Of a stretch of 64,000 nucleotides of DNA, positions 1 to 11,040 are shown piece by piece. Positions within the stretch are counted from its first letter, which is position 1. Each line of letters begins with the position of its first letter. The notes under the pieces were generated by a model, which saw nothing but the letters and a program-made list of their open reading frames with translations, had not been told where the DNA came from and searched no databases. This DNA is from Lama guanicoe. Taxonomy: Eukaryota. Made by a program: the position numbers and the translations under genes. The stretch covers positions 2,633,130 to 2,697,129 of the forward strand of contig MU054391.1 in assembly GCA_013239625.1 (NCBI GenBank). Direction: 5' to 3'.

Positions 1-149
1 TGCAGATCTCTGGAAATTAACAAAAGGTTATAACAATTCAAGGAGTGTTTACTCATGAAAAATGATGTGTTTTTGCCTCTTTCTCTCACCTCTTTTATTG
101 GAATTCCCATCATGTGTGTGTTTGCTTAGAGAATTTCAGTGGAGAGAAT

Positions 150-860
150 TTCGCTTTCAGAACTTTAAAGGTGTTGCTCTTCTGCATCTCCCTTTTAATA
201 TTTCTAACAAGAAATCGGCTGTCATCTTTATATTTTTCTCTGTTTGTAGTGCATATTTTTCCCTCTGGTTGATTTGTAAATGATATTTCTCTCACTGGTT
301 TTGAACAATCTGATCATAATGTGCTTAGTGTTTTGTTTTGTTTTGTAATATATCTTGTCCTGAGAGTCACTGGACTCCTTGGATCTGTGAATACACAGTT
401 TCCTCAAATTTGGAGATGTTCAGCCATTTAATGATTCAAATCTTTTTTCTTCCTCCTCCTCTTCCATTTCCTTCAGCGACACTCATCACATGTCTGTCAG
501 GCTACTTAGAGTGTGCCCACTGCTGCCAGATGCTAACTTCATTTTTTTCCAACCTTCTTTCTCTTTTGTTGCTTCATTTTTTATTGTCTTTTGTGGCATC
601 TTCAAGATCACTAATTTTTTTTGTCTTAAACATCTAATCTGCTGGTAATCCCATCCACTTTATTTTTTATCTGAAACATTTTCTCTCTAAATGTTTAATA
701 CAGTTCTCTTTTCTCTCTTCCATGTCTGTATGGAACTTGAATGTGTGGATCACAGTTATAGAACTGTTCAGTGTTCTCATCCGCTAATTCCAACACCTGT
801 GTCAGTTCTGGGTTTTAATTATTTCTTTCCTCATCATGCACCATGCTTTCCTGCCCCTTT
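150..860 (-). mobile_element. Ancient L1 (L1M-type) fragment, antisense; degraded pieces continue to ~2120
   Basis: T-rich antisense L1 signatures such as 'ttggagatgttcagccattt..ttcaaatcttttttct' and 'tcttcaagatcactaattttt..tctaatctgctggtaatcccatcca'. Boundaries approximate. Confidence 0.7.
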
Positions 861-880
861 GTATGCTTGGTCATTTTTTT

Positions 881-985
881 AAATATAGAATATGTCACAA
901 ATTTACGTGTCATCCTTGCTTAGGGGCCAGGCTAACTGTCTCCGTATCATTCGAATTTTAGTGTATGTGCTGCCAAAGTGAGCTC
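881..985 (-). pseudogene. RNU6: U6 snRNA processed pseudogene, essentially full length
   Basis: Reverse complement reads GAGCTCACTTTGGCAGCACATACACTAAAATTCGAATGATACGGAGACAGTTAGCCTGGCCCCTAAGCAAGGATGACACGTAAATTTGTGACATATTCTATATTT, colinear with U6 but with many substitutions, including in the ACAGAGA box. It has a short A tail and a TSD tgcttggtca (864-873) / tgcttggtaa (986-995). Confidence 0.95.
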
Positions 986-1072
986 TGCTTGGTAAGTTTT
1001 GGTTGGATACCAGAGTTTGAATAACTTTCCTGTGCACACCCAGGACTCGTACCAGAATGCATTGTCGGAGAG

Positions 1073-1415
1073 CTGCTGAACTCGGGTCCAGCTGCTCACG
1101 GCTCAGGAGACAAGTGTTGTAGGAAAGGGAAGGCTGCTTTACTCAGGAGGCTGACAACCTGGGGAGAAGGTGGACTTGTGTCCAGGAACCAACTCCCATT
1201 GCTACTCAGGGACAAGAGCTTTTAAAGGGAAGTTTCGGGGGTGTGTGGGCAGAGGGAGGGGATGCCTGTGGAGCAGCCCAGTCAGTGCTGACGGTCACCT
1301 TGAAACTGGTCGTGCAGTGGGCTGAGCAGTTTTAAGTACAGTTAATCTTGAACTCCAGGCTCAGTTTGTGGCCATTTCCTTGAGGCCAGTTCTTGGAATT
1401 GTGCAAGATAGAGCA
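1073..1415 (-). mobile_element. ERV1-class LTR, partial, cetartiodactyl type
   Basis: 'ctgaactcgggtccagctgctcacggctc..gctttactcaggaggctgacaacc..caagagcttttaaagggaagtttc..ttttaagtacagttaatctt..catttccttgaggccagttcttggaattgtg' matches ERV1 LTRs I recall from pig, cetacean and camelid genomes. Confidence 0.75.
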
Positions 1416-4400
1416 CAAGCTTGCCTCTTCTTTCTTTAAACATAGTAAACATGTTTCATCTGTTCAGTTTAATAATAAACATGATTAATCTCTGGCTAAT
1501 CATTCCGATACATCAAGTCTTGATAGGCCGTTTCTTTGTGCCTTGTTTTCTTGATTCTTAATCATGTTGTCTTGTTTCCTTGTATACTAGCTGTTTTGGG
1601 TTTGTGTTATGACTGTGTTTTCAAAATCATTTGAAGGTGTAATTTGAGGGTTATAATGTTGTCCCTCTTTCCCATGGATGATACTCACTTGCACCTGTCT
1701 GCCGGGAAGCTGAGAGAGTTCTGCCCCAGGACCACCTTCGTACACATTCAGGCTTCAATGCCCCTGGGCATCGGACATTTCTGCCTGATGGCCGATTTCC
1801 CTCGGGCTGAGTTCATCTTCCCTGGAGGGGACAAACTTAAAGTGAATTATGATCAACAGAGCCCCCACCTGGAGACAGCCTTGAATTTAACCCGACCCAC
1901 CTGCCCTCCGAAGTTGCCAAGACGCAGCCTGTCTTCACATCTATTTCTTCCAGGCTCTCAGATGCCCTGGAGGTGTAAGTAGATATGAGTTTTGAAATTC
2001 TATCTGTATGTTCTTGATGTTTTCTCTTTTTCTGGCCTTGTGATCCTTCACCATTTGGTTAGTACTGGGATGTAATTTTAGACCTTTAAAAAATTATCCA
2101 TTTTATTAGGAAAGTTGGTCTAAATTTTCTGCTTTACTAATTTCTATCCCAATATGAAGTCTTAATTCAAGCCCTCATAATTTTCCCACAGGGAATATTC
2201 AAATAGGTTCATAATTGGTGCTCTTTCAACCAGTCTGTCTTTTTATCAATCACACGCCATGTGCCAGGGACCATGTAACAGTTGCTGATAATCTCACAAC
2301 TGCCCCAGCATAGGGCCTGCTACTTTCTTGTCTCAAGGGCAATGAACATGATTCACAGACGTGCTGGTAATGTCTCTGAGCAGCAGCAGTGGGGCAGGAG
2401 CTGGGCCCCGGGCTGTCTGACTCCAGATCCCCTGTCCACGGCTGCCATGCCTCACTGCTCTGGCCGCCATGACGCTGGGACTCAGTCTCCCCAAATGTGG
2501 CACTGCGCCAGGAGAGCCGGGACGCAGGGCAGGGCCTCTTTCCTCTACATCCACATCACGCTCATCTTCACGCAGAGTAAGATTTCAGAGGATGAACTGG
2601 TGCTCATACTGTGGTTTGGTGCATGGACATCACTAGCTCCATCTTTCATCACTCAGGATTCTGCTTATCAGCCAGACTCTGGATCTACCTCTGCGCTAGC
2701 CACAGTGGACAGACGTGTGACTGCTCCTTCTAGAGGAGGGGAGCCTAGGGTGGGAGACAAAGTGCCACACCCTGGACGCCTCAATGAGACACTGTAGATG
2801 GTGGCGATGACACGGCCTGCCCAGTGTCGATTTGACACTTTTACTCGGACCCCAGGCTTCAATACTTACTTTTGTCAACAGCGAGAGTTCCAAGATCATC
2901 TCAGTAGACATCGTGAGAAATAGCACTTTTGAGGTCAAACAGCAAGGAGACAGCACCGCACCCACGATTTCCATCGAGGTCCATTTCGTTTCAGAGGACT
3001 TCAGACTGCAACGGTGTAAGCTTGCTTGCTCTTCTGCTCTACTATTTCGGTCAAGTCCTTACTTTCCTTCAATCCGTAGGGGGAAAATGCAATAAGTGAG
3101 GGCAATGAAGGAAAAAAGAATTCTACATCTTGAGTTTCCAAGGAGTTAAAAAGCTTCTTTCGGGTACAGTGTCCTGGAGAGGTGCTGCGTGGGCTCCCCC
3201 CCAGCCTGGGTGAGGGTCCAGAGGGGGTCTGAGGGGTCTCTGTGTAGGATTCCTTTTTTGCCCTCAAGTGACCTCCCTTCACTGCGTCTGCTCACCATCT
3301 CCACCCTTCATCTTGTTGTAGCATGGTGTGAAAAATGAAGTCTGGTGTAATTGCTCTTTTCTGGTAGCTTCTCATACAGAAGTACCAGGATGAGAAAGTC
3401 TGGAGGGTCTGGACTCTCACACATCGGCTTGATCTCTGAAAGCACAAGTAAGCTTTGATCAAATCTGGGACAAAATCAAATCGCCCCCTGGACAGTGGGC
3501 ACGTGTGAAGGATGAGTTATATGGTTACAGAGAACTTAAACTACTGACAGAAGATTAATCTCAAGTGGATTGTTGATGCATAAGTAAGTTTATCCCTAAA
3601 ATAAAATCATGCCCACACTTTGTGTCTCATTCTAGGAACTCCCAGAATTCCATCTTTACATGCAGACCAAGACATGAAAAACAAACTTCTCTGCTAACTT
3701 ACTAAGAGTCAGCTTTAATGTGAATAAGATTACAGATCTGTTGATACAAGATGTTCAGCAATGGGAAATTTGATGGAAAGGCAGTAACTTTAAGGTCCAA
3801 TGATTTAGTCTGATAAACTTACCCACTGAGTTATAAACAAGATTCAGTAAGTATGAGAGTTTTTCCATTTCTCTGTACCCTCTGTGTGTGTAACATTGAG
3901 GTACAGCCTTTGATGCTGATTCTGTGTTCATAAAAAGAGATGTGAACAGTGAAATTAAAAGTATTTTGGAAATTTTCATAATGATGAAATACCGAGGTCC
4001 ACTCTTCTCAACATTTCTTGGTGAGCACTTTTGAGCACCCGCTCAGGACAGAGGACTTGGCGTTTTAAACTAGTCATCAGCTACCTTCCCACCTACCTTT
4101 AGCAAAATCTATTTGAAAAAGAACAATGAAATTTCTATATTAAAATGTTATTAGAAGGAAAAGTCAATGCCTTATCTTTTTAATTATATTTTAATTTAAG
4201 ACATAGAGATTTGATGTCCAAGAAGGATGGACAAGATGATGGAATTTAGGGTTTGCTGTTGTAGTTGTTTGTTTATATTATTAAAGAGAAGTGTCCATCC
4301 ACTAGTGTGCAAAATGTTTTCCCCATGTGATCTTGAGCGAGTTCCTTATCTGTAACATGAGGAAAGGTCCTTGAAGGCAGTGACTGCCACTTTGTATCTC

Positions 4401-4824
4401 ATTGTCTAGAAGAATGTTCTATAAAAGGAATCATTCAGAGAATAAATAGCTGGCTTATTGAATGGCTGGCTGACTAAACAGATGAATGAAAAACTAATCG
4501 TCACAATTCATTATGAAGTCCCACAGCGTGCCCTCACATTCATTTCCATTATTAATACGTACATCGGAAAAGCTGACCTTACGAGTGCCGAGAGCAGCAG
4601 TCTGCACATTTACACTTGCAGGTGAACGTGGTGGCTAGAGCCAGCCTTCCTGGCCCGGGGCCGTGATTGGAGGCGAGATGAACAGGCAGACACTTGCACT
4701 GACGTGACAGCTGCCTTGACGGGGCTCTGAGGCCGTGTGGTTGAGGCCCCCAGCTCTGTGTCACAGGGACCTGGCTCGGACACCATCCCACCACGCCCTG
4801 TCTAAGGTATGAGTCTCTTAAAGC

Positions 4825-4935
4825 CAGTTTTCTTCCTTTGTGAGCAGGGATAATTGCAAAGATGTTGTGAGTTTTAATTAGGTAGTGCAGGAGACGTGTT
4901 TAGCGTAACACCTAATAAATGACAGCTACTGTTAA
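4825..4935 (+). mobile_element. MIR SINE fragment
   Basis: 'cagttttcttcctttgtgagcagggataat..gttgtgagttttaattagg..aataaatgacagctactgtt' is the MIR core and 3' end. Confidence 0.65.
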
Positions 4936-5129
4936 TGACACAGCGAGCTGCTGATGTGTCCTTGACGAGGCTCAGTGGGGTTAGGGTGGGAGTGCAGAGT
5001 TGTACCCGGGGAAAAGGAAGGCAGCGATGGTGATATGTCTGTCATGCAGACCGCAGAGCGAGGCACGTGCGTACGTGCCTTTACTTAGGTACCACAAAGA
5101 CAGCAGTTGTGAGCTGAAGAGCAGAAGGT

Positions 5130-6440
5130 GGGAAGAGGCTCATCAACCAGCCAGGGGCAGAGCCAGGCGGCAGGAGCGCCACGGCCTCCCCGGGGAAGTG
5201 GCAGGAGGCCTGGTGACCAGCGGGGAGCCCTGCGGAGCTGCTGCTTGGAGTGGACGAGGAGGAGCAGGGGATGGGGTTGGGCACGGGGTCAGGGCCAGCC
5301 TACCGTGTTGCAGTGGGGCCTCGGGGCAGGGAGCGAGGGAAGGCGGGGTGGTGCGGGATGCTGAGAACCAGCCACTGCGGGTACCCCCGCACCCCTCAAC
5401 CTTGCCGTCCTCCGGAAGGCCTCCTAGCGCCGCGGAAACCTAGTTTTGAACACAGGAATGGTGGAGCCTGGGTTACGGGGACACGGAGAAAATACGAAAA
5501 ACCGTTCCGCAAAGGGAGCAGTCTGTCTGACGTTATTAGATGGAATCACGTGTAAGGTCGTCTCAGTTCACAGCCGGGGGGAGAGACGAAGATGCCCCCA
5601 AACCCCCCGTGACCCTGGTTTCCGTCTCCGGAACGCCGGCCTCCGCCGCCGCCTCCGCGCGACGCGCAGCTGGCGGCGCTGCGTCGTCCGAAGCCGCGGG
5701 GCCCGGGCTCCCGGCGGAGGCCCCGAGGGAGGCCCGGCCGGCGGCGAAGCCGGGGAGGGACGAGGGCGGGGACCGGGGCCGGGGCGGGGCCGGCCTGCGG
5801 GGCGGCCGCGCCCGGGCGGGGGGCCAGCTCCCCGGGCCCCGGGGAGGGGGGCAGGCGGACGGACAGACGCAGCGCCTCGCCCGCCGGGCCCTGCGGCCGG
5901 AGCTGCCTGAGCCGTCGCTCAGGGCAGGCCGCCCTCCGGACCACGAGGGAAGGATGCCTCGGGAGCCCTGCTCCGGGCTCCGGGACCGGCTGAGCCGAGG
6001 GCAGCGCAGGGCGGAGCCGGACAGAGCCCCCGGCCGTGGGGGACACGCGTCCGCTCCAGGCGCTCGGCGGCGACGGCGAGACCCTGGGGGACACAGTCCG
6101 CGAGGCCGTCCGGCAGGCGGGCCCTGAGCTCTGAATCCAGAACCCCCGCCCCGCAAACCCAAAGCCGAGGGTCCTGGGCACACTCACACCGAGGAGAGCA
6201 GAGCTCCGCGACTTTGATTTCCAAGCAGTCGCTGGCTCCATGCGACCTAGCGTTTGCCCCCTTGGCCGAGCCCGGTGCCCTGGAGCTGCCGCGACACACC
6301 TGAGCCGCTGCCACGGCGCGAGGGGCCATAGCCCCGCGGCCCCACGCGGCGTCCCCGGCGCACACGCGGGGGCCTGGCGGGTGGGGTCTCGGCGTTGGTT
6401 CTTCTCACGGATGCGAGCGCGCCAGACCCTCTGGGCTGTA
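5130..6440. promoter_or_regulatory. CpG island, probable promoter (possibly bidirectional)
   Basis: Very high GC and CpG density over more than 1 kb in an otherwise CpG-poor background. Motifs: GC box GGGGCGGGGC 5781-5790 with flanking GC boxes, ETS-type CCGGAA 5628-5633, E-box TCACGTG 5546-5552, CRE half-site TGACGT 5528-5533. No repeat homology recognised. Confidence 0.85.
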
Positions 6441-6824
6441 CTTTACTGGGGGCGAGCCCCTCCATGCAGCATCATCCCCCTGGTGTTTTGATCCCACGTG
6501 CTACGTAAATGGGAGAATGGCATCCCAGCCCCAGCCGGGAGGAAAGAGTTGGCCAATTAAAATGCGAACCACTTGATTGAAATGGCTCTGTTATGAGGAG
6601 ACCATATTGTAAGTTCACACGGAACAAAGGTTCTGCGCGAAATGTCTTCTAACATTGCATGTTCTGCTCAAATAGATTTGAAGTAAGCAACAGATAAACA
6701 AAATTGGTTAGAAGGAAACAGATTAACGACCTCTTTGTAGAAATAATGCTCTCCCCGCTTTGACACTGACTAATTGACAACTATGTGGGTCCTTTTCTTT
6801 CTTTCTTTTTTTTTTCCCTTCCAG

Positions 6825-6978
6825 AGGGAAGAAAAGCTTTGAGTTGGCTCCAGTCCCATTAGCACGACTAGCTGGAGACAAGCCATCTGTCACAGCTGCT
6901 GCTTGCTCTAACTGCCACTCTAATTGACAATGAACTCAGAGACCTGCAATAATCGTGGCTGCCCAGTGACTTCGGCAG
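6825..6978 (+). ncRNA. Candidate internal exon of a spliced non-coding transcript from the CpG island
   Basis: A long pure pyrimidine tract (6790-6822) ends in CAG|, with branch-like ctgac/ctaat upstream. The donor is CAG|gtaatg. Length 154 nt, no long ORF. Confidence 0.4.
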
Positions 6979-7352
6979 GTAATGCCTCCCTTTTAGGGTC
7001 CGTCAAGTCCCATCTGTGTCTTTCTCCCGGGACTCTGCTCTTGGTGAGCCTGCAAAGCTCTGCTCAAGCCCAGGGCTCACCTCATTAGGGCAGCCCTCTG
7101 GGCCTGGGGGACAGCCAGCCCCGGGGTGAAACTGAAAACCTCCTACAACTCGTCCTAAGATTTTAATCCCCCTGCCAGGCACTCACAGCACCTGCCGTTC
7201 AGGCCGAGCAGCCTGGGGGACATTTGCACCAACTGCTTTTGCTTGTACTTGTTTTTATAAGAAATACTTACTTCTGTGCATTTTCTTGACCAGTGCGTTT
7301 CAGTAAATTTTCCTTACCTTTTTTTTTCTTTTTCTGTCTGTTTTTCTTTAAG

Positions 7353-7477
7353 GCGGAGAACTGCATGCTCCTTGGAGATGGGCCTGAATATAGTGATGAG
7401 GTCGGCAAGGGTGGTGGAGACGACAGTGTGTTTCATCAGCCGGAACCACACGGTGACCTGCATCGCGTTGCGGGCAG
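7353..7477 (+). ncRNA. Candidate internal exon of the same transcript
   Basis: Long pyrimidine-rich tract 7308-7349 followed by AAG|. The donor is CAG|gtacta. Length 125 nt. Confidence 0.35.
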
Positions 7478-10400
7478 GTACTATGGAGCACAATTTGAAT
7501 CCCATGCACTGGACTTGATTTCGAGAGATATTTTCTTTAGAGCTGATGCTACAGCTTAGAAACGGTCCTTTTCTTAGGAAGCACCACTGTTGCCCCCCGG
7601 GGCTCAGAGACTATGGTCCTGCCAATGTCGCCTTCCACGCTTCTTGGTGACAGAACAGCGATTGTTTATGAAGTCCCAAACCACCATAATGGTGGCCAGG
7701 GTGGCCAGGGGTCTGTGGCCAATGGAAGACATCCCCGGCTACGGAAAGGCAGACTGTGTTTGGCGTCTTTGTTCCCTGACCCAAGGAGAGGAGGCCCGTT
7801 GATGCCTCCATTCATCTCAGCTGATACCTGATACGGCCGCTCTTTGCTGGTGTCCCTCGCTTGTAACCTACAGAACCTTCTGCGGACGCGCTGCCCCCAG
7901 TGCTGGTCTCTGAAGGAGCAGGGGCGGCCCGGCAGCCGCTTCCGTCTGCATCCCGCCCTCGACTCGGGGCGTCACGCAGGCCGTGGGCCCTCTGCTTTCT
8001 GGAAATGCTCTCTGTGCCCAGTTCCCAGATTCCTCCCTTCCTGCTCCCCCGTCAGACCGCGTGCAGGGGCGGCTTCCTCCCCTCCCACAGTCCAGCTCCC
8101 GTTGCCTCCGGGGTTTGCACACCTGCCCTACCCCCCAGTGACAAGTGCCTCGAAGGTCAAAGGCACATCATATTTGTTCCTTAACGAGTCCGAGCGCTGT
8201 TCCCAGTTTTTGAATGAATTTGATTGATGTGTGTGTACAGACTCCTTTTCCTTTATTACCACTTCTATTAACACAACTCTGTGCTTTCAACGTGTATTTT
8301 CAGCTCCCTCTCCAAAAAAAAAAAAAAAATTCGAAAGCAAAAGCAAAACCGATTTACCTGTGATGCCCCTTCCAACTATGCTTTGCTCTGTGTACTGAAG
8401 CACTTATTAAACTGAGACCCAGAGGGGCAGGTTCCGTACTGGTCTCACTGGGGAGAGCAACGTAAGGATGTCACATGGCCCCTGGGGCTGGAGGCTTCGT
8501 GAGATGAGTGGACCACAGCAAAGACGCAAACTCAGGCCAGCCCTGGAGTCTGGGCCGGAGCTCTCGAGTACTGCCCGTGAGGACACACGTGAGCAGCTGG
8601 TGAAGAGCCTCGCCCCAGCGCCCCGGGGCTGCCCGGTCAGCCCCTCCGGGGACGGCGCCGGCGGACTGCGCTCCTCACGGGCCGCTTGGGAGGCCCCACC
8701 AGGCGAGAGCAGCTGGCTCTGCAGAGCGCTGTTTGGAATCAGGGTGGAGGGAGGAGGAAGCCTGCAGGAGCCAAAGGGGAGGACAGACCATCAGGCCGAT
8801 CACACACACTGTGTATGTGGAGGAAGAGCAGTTGGGGCTGAACTTTGGGGCGAGATTTCAACTGAGATTTAGGGTGAGTATTCCAAAGGCCAAGGTCTTC
8901 TAAGCAGACTGAGCATGCGGGAATGAGCCTGGAGGAGGGGGAATGATCAAGGAGCCAAATGAACATGTGGAAGGGAAACGGGGGGGGGGGGTGCCGTGCG
9001 AGCCGTCAGGGCCGGACCCCCTTCCTGACACTTTCCTGAATTCAGTCTGTGCACTTAGGTTCCCCCATCATTGTACAGAGTTCTTCTTTTCTGAGATCCC
9101 AAAATTTAGCAAAAATAACAAACAGAGAAAGGCAAAGAGCCCTTGCTGTGCAGGCTGGTAAGAGTCACTAGACCGAGCTTCCTGTGAGTGCGAGAGAAAC
9201 AGAGCTCGCTTCTGACTGAAGAGAGGGGTTTTTATTTGTTTGTTTCATTTTCGTTTAAAGAGAGGTTTTTGGCTTGGCTGCTTTTATTTTATGTTTTTTA
9301 TTGTAAGAGGAAAAATAAAATTTTAGACAGAGAGCCCCTGTGAGATTATATGGTAAACATTTCCTTATTTGTTTGTGTGTTGATCAGATATCGTGAAAAG
9401 CGATGTGCTCCTTTTCAGATCGTCCCCCAGACTGAACGTGTCCTAAAACCAGGCCTGCGGACCCTTCTTTCCTTTCTTTCCAGCAAAGCAGGCTCGGTTG
9501 GGTTTTCCACTGTAGGTCACCTGTAAATGAATGTAAAAACTTGCAATCAGGCCGTCCTTGCCTGAACGAAAGCTGATCTGGTTTGTCCGCTCATTCTGCA
9601 GTTCTGAGCTCAGAGGCCCATTTCTAGCCTCATACTCTGTGTTTCAGCGCTTGGAACCAGTAGGCAACCTGAAGACTTCTTTCCATCAAAACACTGCTCC
9701 CCAAAATCAGACGTTCTCGGTCTCTGGAGGGTTTACTGCCAATATCTTGGTTCCATCAGCACCGTCTTGGGATACTTTCCCCTCCATTCCGATATTTTAG
9801 GTTCCACCCTCTGATTTCATGTTAATTAGCTGTTCTCCCTCCAGGGTCTTCCTGATCTTGGGATGTTTTTAAGTTGCAACCCCCTGCTTTAGCCAAGCTG
9901 AGGCCTTGGTCCTGCGAAGTTTTTCCCTCCCGTAAGTCAGACTTTCCCCCTTCTTAGTCATTATCCTTGTAGTTTAGACCCCTTCCAATTAGTCTACATC
10001 TTCAGGGGCTCAAAACTCAGCCCTCTAAAAATACGCCGGGATTTCCATCTAAATTTCACCATAGTGCGCACAACCCAATACTGACGTGTAGTTTTGTCTT
10101 CTGTTCTCTCTGGTGCCTACCTTTCCTTGTACTTCTGCCTTTTTACACAAATGCTTGAGTAATTTTATCTATTCATATAACTAGACAACCTTGAAAGAGG
10201 CAATGTAAGCACCTATTTCTCAGGACAGTGTGTTGGGAGAGAAAGGCAAACAGATTTTTCCCACTGTCTCCAGGCTGTCATTGGTCAAACATCTTGTGGG
10301 TATGAGTGGCCCCACTGGTGGATAGCATGGCTCCCCAGCCTTCAGCAGCATCAGGGCAGCCCTAAGGAAGGGGCAAGATGTGCGCTGGGCTTCAAGATGC

Positions 10401-10774
10401 CAGTATGAAGAGGCGCTTTGCCATTGGGCCTCGGTACCACTGATCAGAGCATGAGCCGGGACAAGAGCCTACAGCTGTGCAGATGGGGCAGCCTGAGGGC
10501 ATCTGAAGAGGTGCACAAGCAGTTTCTGATGCAGTCATACTGAGACAGGAGGGAAGGGGACGGGGTACAACCATTGAAAGAATGACATAGCTTCTGAGGC
10601 TACGACAAAACTGGTTAGAACCAACTATGCCCAATATGGCAGAAGATTCAACTTCCAGCACCTTGAGCCTCTTTATAGGCTCATTATAACACATTAGCTG
10701 CTATAGGACACCCCCACAGGTGCCATGGCAGTTCCCAGGCTGACCATAAACGGCCAAAAGTGGGTGGGGCCCAG

Positions 10775-10783
10775 TTCCAGGAA
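10775..10783. promoter_or_regulatory. GAS (STAT) motif TTCCAGGAA within the MER41-like LTR
   Basis: Matches TTCnnnGAA at the position where MER41 LTRs carry STAT1 sites. Confidence 0.55.
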
Positions 10784-10853
10784 ATCCCCACCCTTTCCCC
10801 AAAATAGTTGGAACAATCCTTCCACTTGTTAGCCTATGAAATTACCCAGCCCA

Positions 10854-11040
10854 GCTGGCTGGACCCTGGCCCTTGTGTGGCAAGAGAGGAGTGTCCTGCT
10901 GGGATGCACAGGACGTCTCCCACAGAGGGCCACCTCTCCAAGGTTGAGAAAAGTAACTAATCTACCTAAAAATACAAATAGAAATCTGGACAATGCGAGG
11001 TGGCAGAGGAATATCTTCCAGGCCAAGGCACAAGAAATCC
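10854..11040 (+). mobile_element. Internal L1 5'UTR/ORF1-start fragment inserted in the LTR
   Basis: 'agggccacctctccaaggttgagaaaagtaactaatctacc..ggacaatgcgaggtggcagaggaatatcttccaggccaaggcacaagaaatccc' resembles the L1 5'UTR end and ORF1 N-terminus (RWQRNIFQAKAQE vs MRRQRNMFQxKEQ). It is flanked by the direct repeat cccagccca (10845-10853, 11041-11049). Confidence 0.7.

Noticed and set aside
5000..6491. Stack of long ORFs (up to 231 aa) on both strands in the CpG island
   Set aside because: Open in nearly all frames because GC-rich DNA lacks stop codons; low-complexity Arg/Gly/Pro/Ala content and no recognisable domain.
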